Below, in pieces: positions 51,630 to 61,978 of a stretch of 64,000 bases of DNA (positions are counted from its first letter, which is position 1; the number at the start of each line of letters is the position of its first letter). A program made the position numbers and the translations under genes. Under the pieces are notes generated by a model. The model did no database searches, was not told the origin of the DNA, and saw only the letters and a program-made list of their open reading frames with translations. The stretch spans positions 64,001 through 128,000 of the forward strand of contig CAWIYV010000010.1 of the NCBI GenBank assembly GCA_963840455.1. The letters are read 5' to 3'. This stretch comes from Nitrospirota bacterium (GTDB taxonomy: Bacteria; Nitrospirota; UBA9217).

Positions 51630-52541
51630 TTACTCGGCGATATACCGGGACAGTCCCGCAGGTCCTGTCAGCGGCAGCTCCAGAAGGATCTCGATCCTGC
51701 CGTCCTGCAGTTCCCGCTCGCGCACCACCGTATATCCCTTGACGAAGCCCTGGATCCGTTCAGAGTATTTCCCGCCGGCCATCATGGACCCGACGCTGCG
51801 CCCGCCGTCGATCTTGATCTGTTCGATCATTCGTAGCAGGTTTCTCTGCCCATCGGCAAGGGCCGCGCGCTGAGCCATCGCCCTAGCCGCACCGGCGTTC
51901 CCGACGTCCTTGGGCGGAGATCCGACACCGGTGGCGCGGATCTTCCCCGCAGCCCAGTCAACGCCGTCGGTGGCAACGATGGGAAGAAGAACAGCGTTCT
52001 GCCGTACCCGCTGATTCTCGGGGATCGTGACGGGTGCAACGTCCTGGGCATGTCCTGGCGCTGTCGCCCGCACTTCGTACTCGCCCGCGGGCAGGTCCCT
52101 GAACTCGTACCTGCCCTCCTGGTCAATGTGGCTGGCTGCTCGCTCCTTTCCCTCATGGATGAGCTTCACTTCGCTGTCGCGTAGCGGCGGGATGACCCTG
52201 CCTGCCAGGACCGCCTTGCCCGATCCCGGCACGATCAGAATGGACGGGATCACGGTCGTCTCTCCCGGCTTCACAACGACGTTCTCCAGGCGGATCGGGA
52301 AAGACGAGACAGGAGCTGACACCATGATCGTATAGGTCCCTGCCGCGAGCGGCAGCCTGAACTTCCCGTCCTGCCCTCCGGCGCGCGTCATAGCGATGAC
52401 CTTGCCTTCCTGGATCGCAGAGACCTGCGCCGTCGCGTCGCTCGGCACCAATGTCCCTTCGACCGCACCCTCTTGGGCGGCGCCGCCGGCAAAGGATGAA
52501 AGAACCACCAAGATGAGGATCAGCGTGATAGATATTCGCAT
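51630..52541 (-). CDS. exported protein with two carboxypeptidase-regulatory-like Ig domains and an LPP20-like C-domain
   Basis: signal peptide; DG.F...L..G.Y twice; VDW..G.IRATG.G...MA.RAA..D..RNL. Confidence 0.75.
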   Translation of the reverse strand: MRISITLILILVVLSSFAGGAAQEGAVEGTLVPSDATAQVSAIQEGKVIAMTRAGGQDGKFRLPLAAGTYTIMVSAPVSSFPIRLENVVVKPGETTVIPSILIVPGSGKAVLAGRVIPPLRDSEVKLIHEGKERAASHIDQEGRYEFRDLPAGEYEVRATAPGHAQDVAPVTIPENQRVRQNAVLLPIVATDGVDWAAGKIRATGVGSPPKDVGNAGAARAMAQRAALADGQRNLLRMIEQIKIDGGRSVGSMMAGGKYSERIQGFVKGYTVVRERELQDGRIEILLELPLTGPAGLSRYIAE

Positions 52542-52767
52542 TGTTCCCTCCTTGAATAGTTCAAGTATAACACAGGCATTGCAGGGATACCGCGCACCCA
52601 TCTCTCCCCGCGGCACATCGTGGCTGGCCCTAATCCTTCCGTCGGTATGCAGAATGTGCTTTGAGCTATGAGCAGCAAGGTGTGGAAAGGAATTTCAAGC
52701 CGGGGACGTGACGCTATTGAATTTTTCTCCAGAAGATGCGTGAGATATCAGGCCTGTGGCCGAGCGC

Positions 52768-53619
52768 TTAGTCGGACAGTTCAGAAGAGGGGGATGACCC
52801 CTCGGTCGTCCGGACCGGGAATTCCGGGCTCCCGGCCGGCGCGGGCCCTGTGGTGTCCTGCTCCGGGGCGATCCCCTCCATAAGCTCCTGCTTGATGAAC
52901 TCCCGGACGAACTCCCGCTCCCGGTCGCCTATCTTCAGGAATTTCACGGCCATTCCCGGGATCTTCCGCTTGTTCTCGCCGAAGTGGCTGAACAGGACCT
53001 GCCCCTCGACCCGGATGGGCCATCCGGGTGCGTTCGGCAGGTGGAAGGTGAACGGGAGGACCATCCCGATGGACAGGGGCACCAGCGTGCTCACGAACAT
53101 CCCGCGCTCCGAGATGGCGGTGATGAGGTCGCTCCGGCCGCTATCCGCGGAACGCCCGTCCTCCAATTCCACGTCAAGCTTGGTTGTCAGCCTCAGGAAC
53201 CTGCGCGGCCGCTTCTGCGTGGCCTCGACGGTCGCATACAGGTCTTCCAGGCTGCAGGGGTGGCGCAGGAACGCCGAGCATCCTGCTGCCTCGCAGGCCT
53301 GTTGTATGTCCGGGGAGCGGTTGGAGGTATAGATGATGAAGGGGACGCCGCGCGTCCTAGGGTCGCGCCTGACCCGCGTAAGGAGCTCGAGCCCGGTCAT
53401 TTGCGGAAGGTCGTGGTTGGCGATGATGACGAGCGGGACCGTTAGGCCAAGGAACAGAACAGCATCCTCCGCGGTCTTCGCCATGATTACCTGGTAATGG
53501 AGCCGCTGCAGGAATATGCTGGTGTAGAACTGCCGCATGGGCCTGGCATCCACGACCAGGATGACCTGCTGGTTCGCCGACGTGTCCTTCGGCGCATGCT
53601 GGGGAACAGTATTGTCCAT
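52768..53619 (-). CDS. REC-like + PilZ domain protein
   Basis: ILVVD receiver with Asn at the phospho-site; RRFLR, ISERGMFV, GMAVKF. Confidence 0.85.
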   Translation of the reverse strand: MDNTVPQHAPKDTSANQQVILVVDARPMRQFYTSIFLQRLHYQVIMAKTAEDAVLFLGLTVPLVIIANHDLPQMTGLELLTRVRRDPRTRGVPFIIYTSNRSPDIQQACEAAGCSAFLRHPCSLEDLYATVEATQKRPRRFLRLTTKLDVELEDGRSADSGRSDLITAISERGMFVSTLVPLSIGMVLPFTFHLPNAPGWPIRVEGQVLFSHFGENKRKIPGMAVKFLKIGDREREFVREFIKQELMEGIAPEQDTTGPAPAGSPEFPVRTTEGSSPSSELSD

Positions 53620-53695
53620 GCTCTCCTCCTCCGGCTGGCCGGGCCCCCGTAGGGCCGGTTTGCGAGGGGCCGATGCATAAAAGTGCATTGAAGCT

Positions 53696-53760
53696 CCCTG
53701 CAGCATGCTGCAGGGAATCTTCGATCCTCAAGGAATTAGCGTTATTCTGATCGCTCACCA
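53696..53760 (+). repeat. dispersed repeat, copy 2
   Basis: ccctgcagcatgctgcagggaatcttcgatcc...tctgatcgctc. Confidence 0.7.
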
Positions 53761-53930
53761 ACCCCCTGCACTCGCGGTTCCACTCGTAAACGCAGGGGGC
53801 AAGACCCCGAAGTAAACTGCGTGGATTGAGCTCTCTCCTAGGTTCAGTGGCTGAGGGTACTCCGGACGGAGGTTCCTGTCAACAGGTTCGATGGGACATT
53901 TTTAAGATACCCTGGGCTCGTACCGGGAGC

Positions 53931-54239
53931 TCAGCAGCGGGTGATCAGGACCGTGACGCCTGCTGCCACAGCAAGGACCGCGAGAATGACGCCGCTTCCA
54001 GTGAAGCGAACGTGCAAGAGCGACATCAGGCCGCCCGCGACCAGCCAGACCCCGAAAAGGATGCTCCCTATATGCGTACTGATCTTTTCGCTGCTGTCCG
54101 CGATGAAGAACAGGATGCCGGTCACGATGCCGAGTACGGCGAGGATGATGCCACTTTTCGAGAACGAGATGCCGCCGAGATGGACCAGTCCCGTGAGGAC
54201 CAGCCAGATGCCAAGAAGGATGTTCATCCAGGTCTTCAT
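53931..54239 (-). CDS. four-TM small membrane protein, copy 1 (intact)
   Basis: 102 aa, internal two-fold repeat (G.WLV..GL......F..SG.ILAVL....G). Confidence 0.8.
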   Translation of the reverse strand: MKTWMNILLGIWLVLTGLVHLGGISFSKSGIILAVLGIVTGILFFIADSSEKISTHIGSILFGVWLVAGGLMSLLHVRFTGSGVILAVLAVAAGVTVLITRC

Positions 54240-54392
54240 AAGGAGGTTCCGTGAGGCAAGTGATTAGCAACCGATACAAATGTTAATTATGAGGCCTGAC
54301 GCCCGATATCCGTGCCCCTTTTTGTTGTTGAAACTTTTTTTTAATGATATAATCCTCCGCAAAAGACAAAAGGGAATATCTGGCCCGCAACC

Positions 54393-55289
54393 ATGGCACT
54401 TCTTAAAAGAATAATTTTTGGATCTTTGATGGCATTAGTCGCCTGCTTCCACGGTTTTGGGGCTTCAGCAGAAGAGGCTGTAAAGGAATTCAGGGTCGGG
54501 CTCATCGGCGTGGATGCGGGACAGATCCTGCAGGATTTCGATCCCTTCGTGGAATATTTGAGAATCCGTCTCAGGCGTTCCGGGATTCGGGATGTAACGG
54601 TCTTCGTCGCAAAGGACCTTGACCAGATGCACACCCGTATACAAGAAGGAAAGCTGGACTTCATTCTCACCTCCCCTTTCCCGATTGTTGAAATGGAGCG
54701 CGATAAACTCGTACCCTCGGTCCTCGCCTGGCAGGGAGCGGCCCGTGAATACTCCGCGGTATTTTTTGTACGAAAACGGAGCTCCCTGCAAGATCTGAGC
54801 GACCTGCAGGGAAAGACGGTCGTTTTCGGGACACCTTCGTCCACAGCGGCATACGCCATGGCTAAAGCCGAACTGAAAAAGAACAAATTATCCATGAGCG
54901 AATCGACGGACGAACATGCGCCCGAATATGCGATTCGGTATGAGTTTGCCGGCGAGGCGATCAACCAGGCATTCCGGGTCATCCTGAACCGGGCGGACGC
55001 CGGCGTTTTCAGCAGCAGCGACTGGTTGGAGCTTCCCCGGAAGGAACGGTCCAAATTACGGATCATTCACCGTACAACGCCGGTCACCCACCTGCTCGGC
55101 TCGTTCCACCCGTCTTTTCCGCCGGCCCTCAGGGAAGTCGTTGAGAAAACGCTGATCGATATGTCCGGGAACGGGAAGGGACGGACTGCATTGGCCACGG
55201 CGTTGAATATGACAAAATTTGAACGGCTGACGGAGGAAGACAGGCGCTCCTTTCACCATCTTAAACAGCTTCTGTCTGCCGCGGAGTAA
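54393..55289 (+). CDS. PhnD-like periplasmic substrate-binding protein
   Basis: signal peptide; Y.AVFFVRK.S....LSDLQGKT..FG...ST motif. Confidence 0.85.
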   Translation: MALLKRIIFGSLMALVACFHGFGASAEEAVKEFRVGLIGVDAGQILQDFDPFVEYLRIRLRRSGIRDVTVFVAKDLDQMHTRIQEGKLDFILTSPFPIVEMERDKLVPSVLAWQGAAREYSAVFFVRKRSSLQDLSDLQGKTVVFGTPSSTAAYAMAKAELKKNKLSMSESTDEHAPEYAIRYEFAGEAINQAFRVILNRADAGVFSSSDWLELPRKERSKLRIIHRTTPVTHLLGSFHPSFPPALREVVEKTLIDMSGNGKGRTALATALNMTKFERLTEEDRRSFHHLKQLLSAAE

Positions 55290-55292
55290 ATC

Positions 55293-56654
55293 ATGAGGAT
55301 CAACATCAACAAGAAATACGCTCTCTTCTTCGGTATCAGCAGCGTCGCGATCATGCTGATCCTGGTCGCATCCTTCGCCTTTATTGTGGTCAAGAAAGGG
55401 GCGACGCTCAAGAAGAACATCAAAGTCAATGACGCCGTCTTTTACCGGGAGAGCCAGGGAAAAACGCTCTTCAATATCGCCCAGTACCTGAGTCAGCATC
55501 TTTTCATTCCTCTGTATCAAACCGATATCGGCGCAGTCAACCGCCTGATCAACGACATGAAGCTCGGACTGCCGTTCAAATCGTTTGTCGTGGCCGACTC
55601 GAAGGGCATGATTCTGACCGATGGGTCCCGCCAGAATAACGCTTTTGGAACAAAGCTTGACGTGAACTTGGAGCGGCTGAAGAAACAACCGATCATTGTG
55701 GAAAATACCGAGCAGGGGGAACGCATTTCTTTTGCGATTAAATCAAAAGAACACGTCGCCGGATACGGCCAGCTCATCTATTCGAACGAACCCCTGATGG
55801 CCGCGATAGCAAAAATCCACTCCCTATTCGATTCGGAATGGATGGACTTCGGGGCGGTGTTCCTGCGGATCAGCCTGATCGGCATCGCGGCATCGCTGGC
55901 TGTAGCGGCGCTGCTGAGCTTTCTGTTTTCCGGCACCATCTCCCGTCCGCTCATCCTTCTGAGGCACGCCGCAAACCGCGTCGCGCAAGGCGACCTTGAT
56001 TGCCGCGTTGAAATCGATACCCATGACGAGATAGGAGAACTGGCGGCAACCTTCAACCAGATGGTCGCGGACATGAAGCGGTCGACCGAACAGCTTCAAG
56101 AGGCCAACCGGAAACTTCACGAGGTCTCCATCACGGACGGCCTTACCGGCCTGTGCAATTACGCGCACTTCATGGACGAGCTGAAAAAGGAGGAGGCCCG
56201 GGCCCGGCGGAGCAATTCGAACTTCGGTGTCATCCTCTTCGATCTCGATCTGTTCAAGGAGGTGAACGATACCTACGGCCATGAAAAAGGGAACATCCTG
56301 CTCAGGGCGGTGTCCGACATCCTGAAGGCGAATGCACGGCGAATGGATACCGTGGCGCGCTACGGAGGCGAGGAGTTCGCCATGCTCATGCCGGACAGCA
56401 AAGGTGCGGAGCGGGAGGTGGCTGAGCGCATACGGAAAAAGATCGAAAGCACGGATTTCACGGGTATCGCAGACACCCCCCTCAGGATCACGATCAGCGG
56501 GGGCGTCTGCACCTATCCCCGGGACGCACAGAGCGTGAACGAGCTGCTCGACAAGGCTGACAAGGGATTGTATACGGCAAAGACCGGCGGCAGGAACAAG
56601 ACGTGTTATTGCGAACCGCTCGGCACCTCGCAGGGGCAGGCGGGAAGCTCCTAG
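55293..56654 (+). CDS. membrane diguanylate cyclase (periplasmic domain, HAMP, GGDEF)
   Basis: two TMs; HAMP (DEIGELA..FN.M); DLD.FK.VND.YGH..G, RRMD I-site, GGEEF. Confidence 0.95.
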   Translation: MRININKKYALFFGISSVAIMLILVASFAFIVVKKGATLKKNIKVNDAVFYRESQGKTLFNIAQYLSQHLFIPLYQTDIGAVNRLINDMKLGLPFKSFVVADSKGMILTDGSRQNNAFGTKLDVNLERLKKQPIIVENTEQGERISFAIKSKEHVAGYGQLIYSNEPLMAAIAKIHSLFDSEWMDFGAVFLRISLIGIAASLAVAALLSFLFSGTISRPLILLRHAANRVAQGDLDCRVEIDTHDEIGELAATFNQMVADMKRSTEQLQEANRKLHEVSITDGLTGLCNYAHFMDELKKEEARARRSNSNFGVILFDLDLFKEVNDTYGHEKGNILLRAVSDILKANARRMDTVARYGGEEFAMLMPDSKGAEREVAERIRKKIESTDFTGIADTPLRITISGGVCTYPRDAQSVNELLDKADKGLYTAKTGGRNKTCYCEPLGTSQGQAGSS

Positions 56655-56875
56655 GCATCAGACCTTGCCGGCGATAACTCAATCTTTACGTCTGACTGTT
56701 CGCACCCCTCAACCAGCGCGCGCGATTGTCAGACTGGAGAGGTCGGCATGATGACGCTGTTAAACCACAATGGGGGCATTTGGGGGAACGTTTTTTCTAT
56801 CCATGATTTATTAGAGGTAGCGGGAGTAAAGCAATCTTAGCCTTATTGATCTGACCACGGCCTCTTGCTCGATGC

Positions 56876-57185
56876 TCAGCGGCGGGTGATCAGGACCGTG
56901 ATACCTGCTGCCACGCCAAGGACCGCGAGAATGACGCCGCTTCCGGTGAAAGCGAACGTGAAAGAGCGACACCAGGCCGCCCGCGACCAGCCAGACCCCG
57001 AGAAGGATGCTCCCTATATGCGTACTGATCTTTTCGCTGCTGTCCGCGATGAAGAACAGGATGCCGGTCACGATGCCGAGTACGGCGAGGATGATGCCAC
57101 TTTTCGAGAACGAGATGCCGCCGAGATGGACCAGTCCCGAGAGGACCAGCCAGATGCCAAAAAGGATGTTCGCCCAGGTCTTCAT
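56876..57185 (-). pseudogene. four-TM small membrane protein, copy 2 (+1 frameshift)
   Basis: 310 bp versus 309 bp; extra A at 56949-56951. Confidence 0.8.
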
Positions 57186-57316
57186 AAAGAGCCTCCGTGC
57201 GGGAAGTAGCCTGCCTCCAGGAGGAGCGTTCATGATGAATCGTGACACAAGGTAGGCCTCCCGATAACGTGAGAATATAGGAATTGGTTTGGTGCGTTAA
57301 CTGCTCAACGAAAATT

Positions 57317-57375
57317 AAAAGGCCGAGAGGTAATTCCTCCGGCCTTCTGTCAATTCAAGCAATGTGACAACTCAA
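57317..57375 (-). repeat. conserved non-coding element, copy E1
   Basis: GGCCG..AGG...CCTCCGGCC hairpin plus TGTGACAACTCA. Confidence 0.6.
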
Positions 57376-57516
57376 GTATAAACATGAACGATGCGGTGCT
57401 GGGCAAAGATCAAACTGCACGACCTGACCCTAAGTAGTCCTTGATAACTGACTGGGGACTCTCTGATCAGGTCAATTTGGCCCGCAACGTCCCCTCTGCC
57501 TGCACAGATGAGGCGA

Positions 57517-58200
57517 TTAGAACGAGGATATTTCTCGTTCCTTACCGCGGGAAGGGTTCTGACTGACAAGGGCCTCGATGGCGCGCTGCGCAGCGGGGTC
57601 AATACGGGAGAACCGTACGCCGTAGCGGCCCCCGTCATTCCTCACGATCTCCGCCTGCATCGAGAAGGACCTCGCGGGGGCAAGGTCGAGCGAATACCGC
57701 AGCAGGTCGCCCCGGTGCAGCTCGGCATCGGCTTTGATCAGCATGCCCGTCACGCTGATGTTCTCGGTGAGGCAATCTATGGACATACGCGTGGCCCCGC
57801 TGATCCGGGCGCTGAACTGCGCGTGGAAACTGCTGCGGGCGGGAATGCTCAGGAGCTCGTTGACCTTCCGGCGAAGCACGTCTCCGCGAAGCGGCAGCGT
57901 CAGGACAGCATTGGCCCTGCACTGGGCGGCCTCCCCGAGCTCGATCTCGTTGTTGCGGCAGCACACGATGATCGAGACATCGCGCAGTTCCCCGTCATCC
58001 CGGATCTGGGTGCAGAACTGCTTGGTGCTCATGCCCGAGCCGTAGAGCTCGGTGATGATGAGGGCCGCCTTCTCCTTGCGGTGGATCTTCAGGGCGTCGG
58101 CGTTCGAATATGCCGTGAGCACCTCGAGGTCGGACAGCTCCTCGAAGAAATCAAGGCCTACGTTCTGCTTGACGCGGTCGGTGAAGATGATCTTTTTCAT
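57517..58200 (-). CDS. REC-like + PilZ domain protein
   Basis: receiver fold with Glu at the phospho-site; NISVTGML, YGVRF; RxxxR degenerate. Confidence 0.8.
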   Translation of the reverse strand: MKKIIFTDRVKQNVGLDFFEELSDLEVLTAYSNADALKIHRKEKAALIITELYGSGMSTKQFCTQIRDDGELRDVSIIVCCRNNEIELGEAAQCRANAVLTLPLRGDVLRRKVNELLSIPARSSFHAQFSARISGATRMSIDCLTENISVTGMLIKADAELHRGDLLRYSLDLAPARSFSMQAEIVRNDGGRYGVRFSRIDPAAQRAIEALVSQNPSRGKEREISSF

Positions 58201-58444
58201 GACAAGTGCCTCCCCCCAAGCACGGGATATTCCCGCGTGAGTGCCGGTACGAGGCGAAGGTCTGCAAGACGAACAGGGAGATAAAGGACGAGCAGAGTGT
58301 CGAGAGCGCGCCGCATCCTGCCGTGCAGGTGTTAGAGAAATGATAACACCGATCTACTCCGCTTTCCATACAATATTTATGGTCTTTTTTTTGGACGGAG
58401 AGGCGGAGGCTGGCCGATAGACTCCGCATCAGAATCCGGAGCGC

Positions 58445-59134
58445 TCAATGCTGCGCAACGCTCGCAACTGCGTCCCCCAGGCACTCCACATCGGGCAGGG
58501 CCACCATTGCAGCCGCCTTCCTGGCATCCCTGATCTCCTGGGCATTCAACTGCCATCCGTAGGTCTTCGACCGCATCAGGTTTTCATCAGAGTCCTGGCG
58601 ATGGGGCAGGGACAAGCCGTGACCGCACTCATGGGCGGCTGTGCGCGCTGCTGGATGCCGGGCGGGATGTTCGGCAGGCCTTAGAATGGGCGTGTCGCGC
58701 ACCTGGATGTCGTGGTCGCTCCGAAAGTACCCGTTCAGACCAGTGCCTCCCTGCAGTACCGGCTTGAACCAGATGTCCATGCCCTGCTCCAGGGGCTCGT
58801 CATCCAGAACAATCTGCATTATGAAAAAGATCCCGGCCTGGGACAGCCAGATATGGTTGATCTCGTCCAGGATATCCTTGAACTCCTGCGGGTTGCGCCC
58901 GCTTTCTCCGAGATGGACGCGGAGCGGGATGCGATAGACAGGGCCCAGAGGAAACGATGGGGCAAGGCAGCCATCGATGTGGACAGAGGCCAGCTGTTGC
59001 TGGGCAGTGTCTTGCGCAGCGGATACAGCATCCAGGGAGAGCAACACAAGAACTACCATCGACAGAAGTGCGGTGTTTTTCAGGACTGCCTGAAGCCGAT
59101 CCCGATGTTGATAGTACCCCTTGACAATGATCAC
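58445..59134 (-). CDS. exported metzincin-like zinc metalloprotease
   Basis: hydrophobic leader; HECGHGLSLPH and NLM Met-turn. Confidence 0.75.
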   Translation of the reverse strand: MIIVKGYYQHRDRLQAVLKNTALLSMVVLVLLSLDAVSAAQDTAQQQLASVHIDGCLAPSFPLGPVYRIPLRVHLGESGRNPQEFKDILDEINHIWLSQAGIFFIMQIVLDDEPLEQGMDIWFKPVLQGGTGLNGYFRSDHDIQVRDTPILRPAEHPARHPAARTAAHECGHGLSLPHRQDSDENLMRSKTYGWQLNAQEIRDARKAAAMVALPDVECLGDAVASVAQH

Positions 59135-59253
59135 GGTATCTCCGCCTGAAGAGGATGGTACAGCACAGGGAATGCTAACTCTGAACACGGGGATATTGCA
59201 ATACTGAAAGAAGACCTCATTCATGATGACGAGACCGGTACCTAAACATAAAC

Positions 59254-59336
59254 AGAAGGCCGGAGAGATCATCTCTCCGGCCTTTTCATTAATACAGTAT
59301 GCGACATCTCAATAACTACGGAATAAAGTCTAAACC
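59254..59336 (-). repeat. conserved non-coding element, copy E2
   Basis: hairpin plus TGCGACATCTCAATAACTACGGAAT..AGTCT.AACC. Confidence 0.7.
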
Positions 59337-59397
59337 AACCACCACCCTGCAGCAGCCGGTGCCGGATGACTGACAGACACTGCCTTGCCGGGCGGTG

Positions 59398-59610
59398 CTA
59401 AGTATCAGGCCGTGAGTGGACTGACGGCCAACCGGCTTCGTATCCAATAACAGTTCCATCGTTCTCTGCATACCAAAGATTCGTCCTGCACGCAGACAGC
59501 CGCGTCTTGCCTGTCGAACGATCCCTCGCCTTCAGTATCCGCCTGAAGAGAGAAAGTCCGACGAAGTTCAACAGGCGAAGGTCGCGTATATGCTTCATGT
59601 GAACGTTCAT
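59398..59610 (-). CDS. possible small ORF downstream of a sigma54 promoter
   Basis: lies between the promoter and the E2 terminator hairpin; no recognisable family. Confidence 0.3.
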   Translation of the reverse strand: MNVHMKHIRDLRLLNFVGLSLFRRILKARDRSTGKTRLSACRTNLWYAENDGTVIGYEAGWPSVHSRPDT

Positions 59611-59666
59611 GGGAACCACTCTTTCCTGAAAAAAGCACGCCCTGTACTACTCTTTGCCGAATGAAA

Positions 59667-59682
59667 AGCAAGACCTGTGCCA
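59667..59682 (-). promoter_or_regulatory. sigma54 (-24/-12) promoter
   Basis: minus strand TGGCAC-AGGTC-TTGCT consensus match. Confidence 0.7.
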
Positions 59683-59921
59683 CATGAAAACCTGGAGATA
59701 TCAGCAGGATAGCAGGAACAAGGGTAGGGGGGGAAACCGACAGGCGCGATTTGATAGGTTATATGGCCGGCTATACTGGGCCAGGAAAATTCCCTCTGAA
59801 TTCCTCACCTGATCATCGTCGGAATCAAAAAATCAATCCACTACCTCAAGCCAGACCCCGGATCGTCTATAGTAATGTCCACAGTAACGTTAAGATTTGA
59901 TCCCATATTCTTATTCTTAGC

Positions 59922-60788
59922 CTATATAATGACCTTTTGATCACGGACCCTGAGATGGGCGGTACATGTCCTTGCCACGAGCGGGTTCGCGAGTTCGGGC
60001 GGGATCCCCAGGTCCTTCAGGACGCATTCGGACAGTTCCTGCAGATCCGGATGGCTGCTCTGGTGCGAACACCGTCTGACCGCATCATGGATGCGCTGCA
60101 GGTACTCCAGGCCCGCATCCATGCGATCGTAGGCCATGGCCCCGGTGCTCGGTTCGTCCCAGGAAGGAAGAAGAAAACGGATGCCCTGCACCGCCTTCAG
60201 TCTTTTTATAGAGGCGACCGAGGCCAGGACATCCTCGTAGATCGGCAGTTCGCCCGGGACCGGGATGGCGTCTCCCGAGAAGAGCACATTGTATCCGAGC
60301 AGCAGGATGGAGAGCGAGCCTCGCGAATGGCCCGGCGTGTACAGCACGTTCAATTTCAGGCCGCAGCCCAGGTCAAAGACCTCGCCGTCTTCGAGCAGCC
60401 TGTTCACGGCAAGCGATCCGGCGACGAGCGTATCGAAATCAGGCACAGGCCGCTCCCCGGCCTGAAGCTGAACGTTCTCGATCCATGCCCTTTCCGCGGG
60501 ATGAGCTGCGACCGAGCACGCCGTTTCTCCCTTAATGGTCCTGGATGCGCCGATATGGTCCGGATGAGCATGCGTCTGGATGATCAGCGAAATATCGCTT
60601 ACTTTCCGGCCCGTACTTCGCACATAGTCGAAGATCGCCTGCTCCGCTGACGCCACGCCGGTGTCGATAAGAAAGACCCCCTGCGTGCCGTAGATGAGAT
60701 AGACGTAGACGAACCGGTCCACGAACCCCTGCGGCATCAGGATGCGGAACGGGACCTTGATAGCGTGAACGTGCCTGTCGATCTGCAA
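59922..60788 (-). CDS. MBL-fold metallo-hydrolase
   Basis: LIDTG, THAHPDHIG, TPGHS, FSGD; the last His motif reads LPSWD; TTG start after GGAGAA. Confidence 0.88.
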   Translation of the reverse strand: MQIDRHVHAIKVPFRILMPQGFVDRFVYVYLIYGTQGVFLIDTGVASAEQAIFDYVRSTGRKVSDISLIIQTHAHPDHIGASRTIKGETACSVAAHPAERAWIENVQLQAGERPVPDFDTLVAGSLAVNRLLEDGEVFDLGCGLKLNVLYTPGHSRGSLSILLLGYNVLFSGDAIPVPGELPIYEDVLASVASIKRLKAVQGIRFLLPSWDEPSTGAMAYDRMDAGLEYLQRIHDAVRRCSHQSSHPDLQELSECVLKDLGIPPELANPLVARTCTAHLRVRDQKVII

Positions 60789-60860
60789 GGTAGTGAATGT
60801 TCTCCGCGAGCATACTATCGAATCTAATAACATTATGCAAGGCGAAACAGGAAAGGAATG

Positions 60861-60942
60861 AAAAGGCCGGAGAGCATATCCCTCCGGCTTTTGTCGATCA
60901 CAGCGATGTGACATCGCAATAACTACGGAATCAGGTCTGACC
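60861..60942 (-). repeat. conserved non-coding element, copy E3
   Basis: hairpin plus TGTGACATCGCAATAACTACGGAATCAGGTCTGACC. Confidence 0.7.
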
Positions 60943-60976
60943 GCTTACGACTATTACGAATGTCCACAGCCTAGGC

Positions 60977-61284
60977 TCAGAGGCGGGTGATCAGGGCCGT
61001 GACGCCTGCTGCCACAGCAAGGACCGCGAGAATGACGCCGCTTCCGGTGAAGCGAACGTGCAAGAGCGACATCAGACCGCCCGCGACCAGCCAGACCCCG
61101 AGAAAGATGCTGCTATCTGCGTAGCGAGCTTTTCGCTTCCGTCCGCGATGAAGAACAGGATACCGGTCACGATGCCGAATACGGCGAGGATGACGCCGCT
61201 TTTCGAGAAGGAGATGCCACCGAGATGGACCAGACCCGTGAGGACCAGCCAGATGCCAAGAAGGATGTTCGCCCAGGTCTTCAT
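60977..61284 (-). pseudogene. four-TM small membrane protein, copy 3 (-1 frameshift)
   Basis: 308 bp; gctgcta versus gcttccta in copy 4, near 61110. Confidence 0.8.
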
Positions 61285-61632
61285 AAGGAGACTCCGTGCG
61301 GTAAGTGATCAGCTTCCGGTAAGAATGTTAATTATGATGCCTGATCCTGGACGGACTTGAATCTTGTTCTTTACGCGTGCAACTTTTTTATCCTTTTCTG
61401 AATACCGTGAAAATATACCCCGTTTATTATGGGCTCTCCCTCTTGACTCCTGCTATAATTTAATCATGCAGTTTTCGGTACCCCTTAATTGATAGACCCT
61501 GACAAGGAATGCACGCGAACACAAAGAGGATGAAAGTGATTAAAATTGTTTATGGTTATGATCAGGGAGTTGTTTACCTTATATTAACCTTGCAAGCGCA
61601 TGCTTGCACATCTAACGAGTAGGAGGAAAGAA

Positions 61633-61944
61633 ATGAAGAAAGTTATTTTTTTGACAGGAGTATTAGTTCTTGGGTTGGCTTCGTTTTCGGGACAGGCCGC
61701 ACTCGCCGGCGAAACAACAGGTGAATATATCGACGATGCTACGATCACTACACAGGTTAAGGGGATAATCGCTAATGACATGGAGAGTCGTTTTTTCAAG
61801 ATCGAAGTGACGACAACAAAGGGAGAAGTTGTTCTCAAGGGATCTGTGAACAGCAATGATACCGAAGCACGGCTGGTAGGAAAGATCAAAGAGATCAAGG
61901 GCGTCAAATCCGTGAAGAGCCTCTTGAAGGTGGAAAAGAAATAA
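61633..61944 (+). CDS. BON domain protein (OsmY-like)
   Basis: AGGAGG RBS, signal peptide, GEYIDDATIT..VK, I.V.T..G.V.L.G.V, GVKSV. Confidence 0.92.
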   Translation: MKKVIFLTGVLVLGLASFSGQAALAGETTGEYIDDATITTQVKGIIANDMESRFFKIEVTTTKGEVVLKGSVNSNDTEARLVGKIKEIKGVKSVKSLLKVEKK

Positions 61945-61978
61945 TGACGAAGAGGCATTCTGTGAAAGGGTAGGCTTT

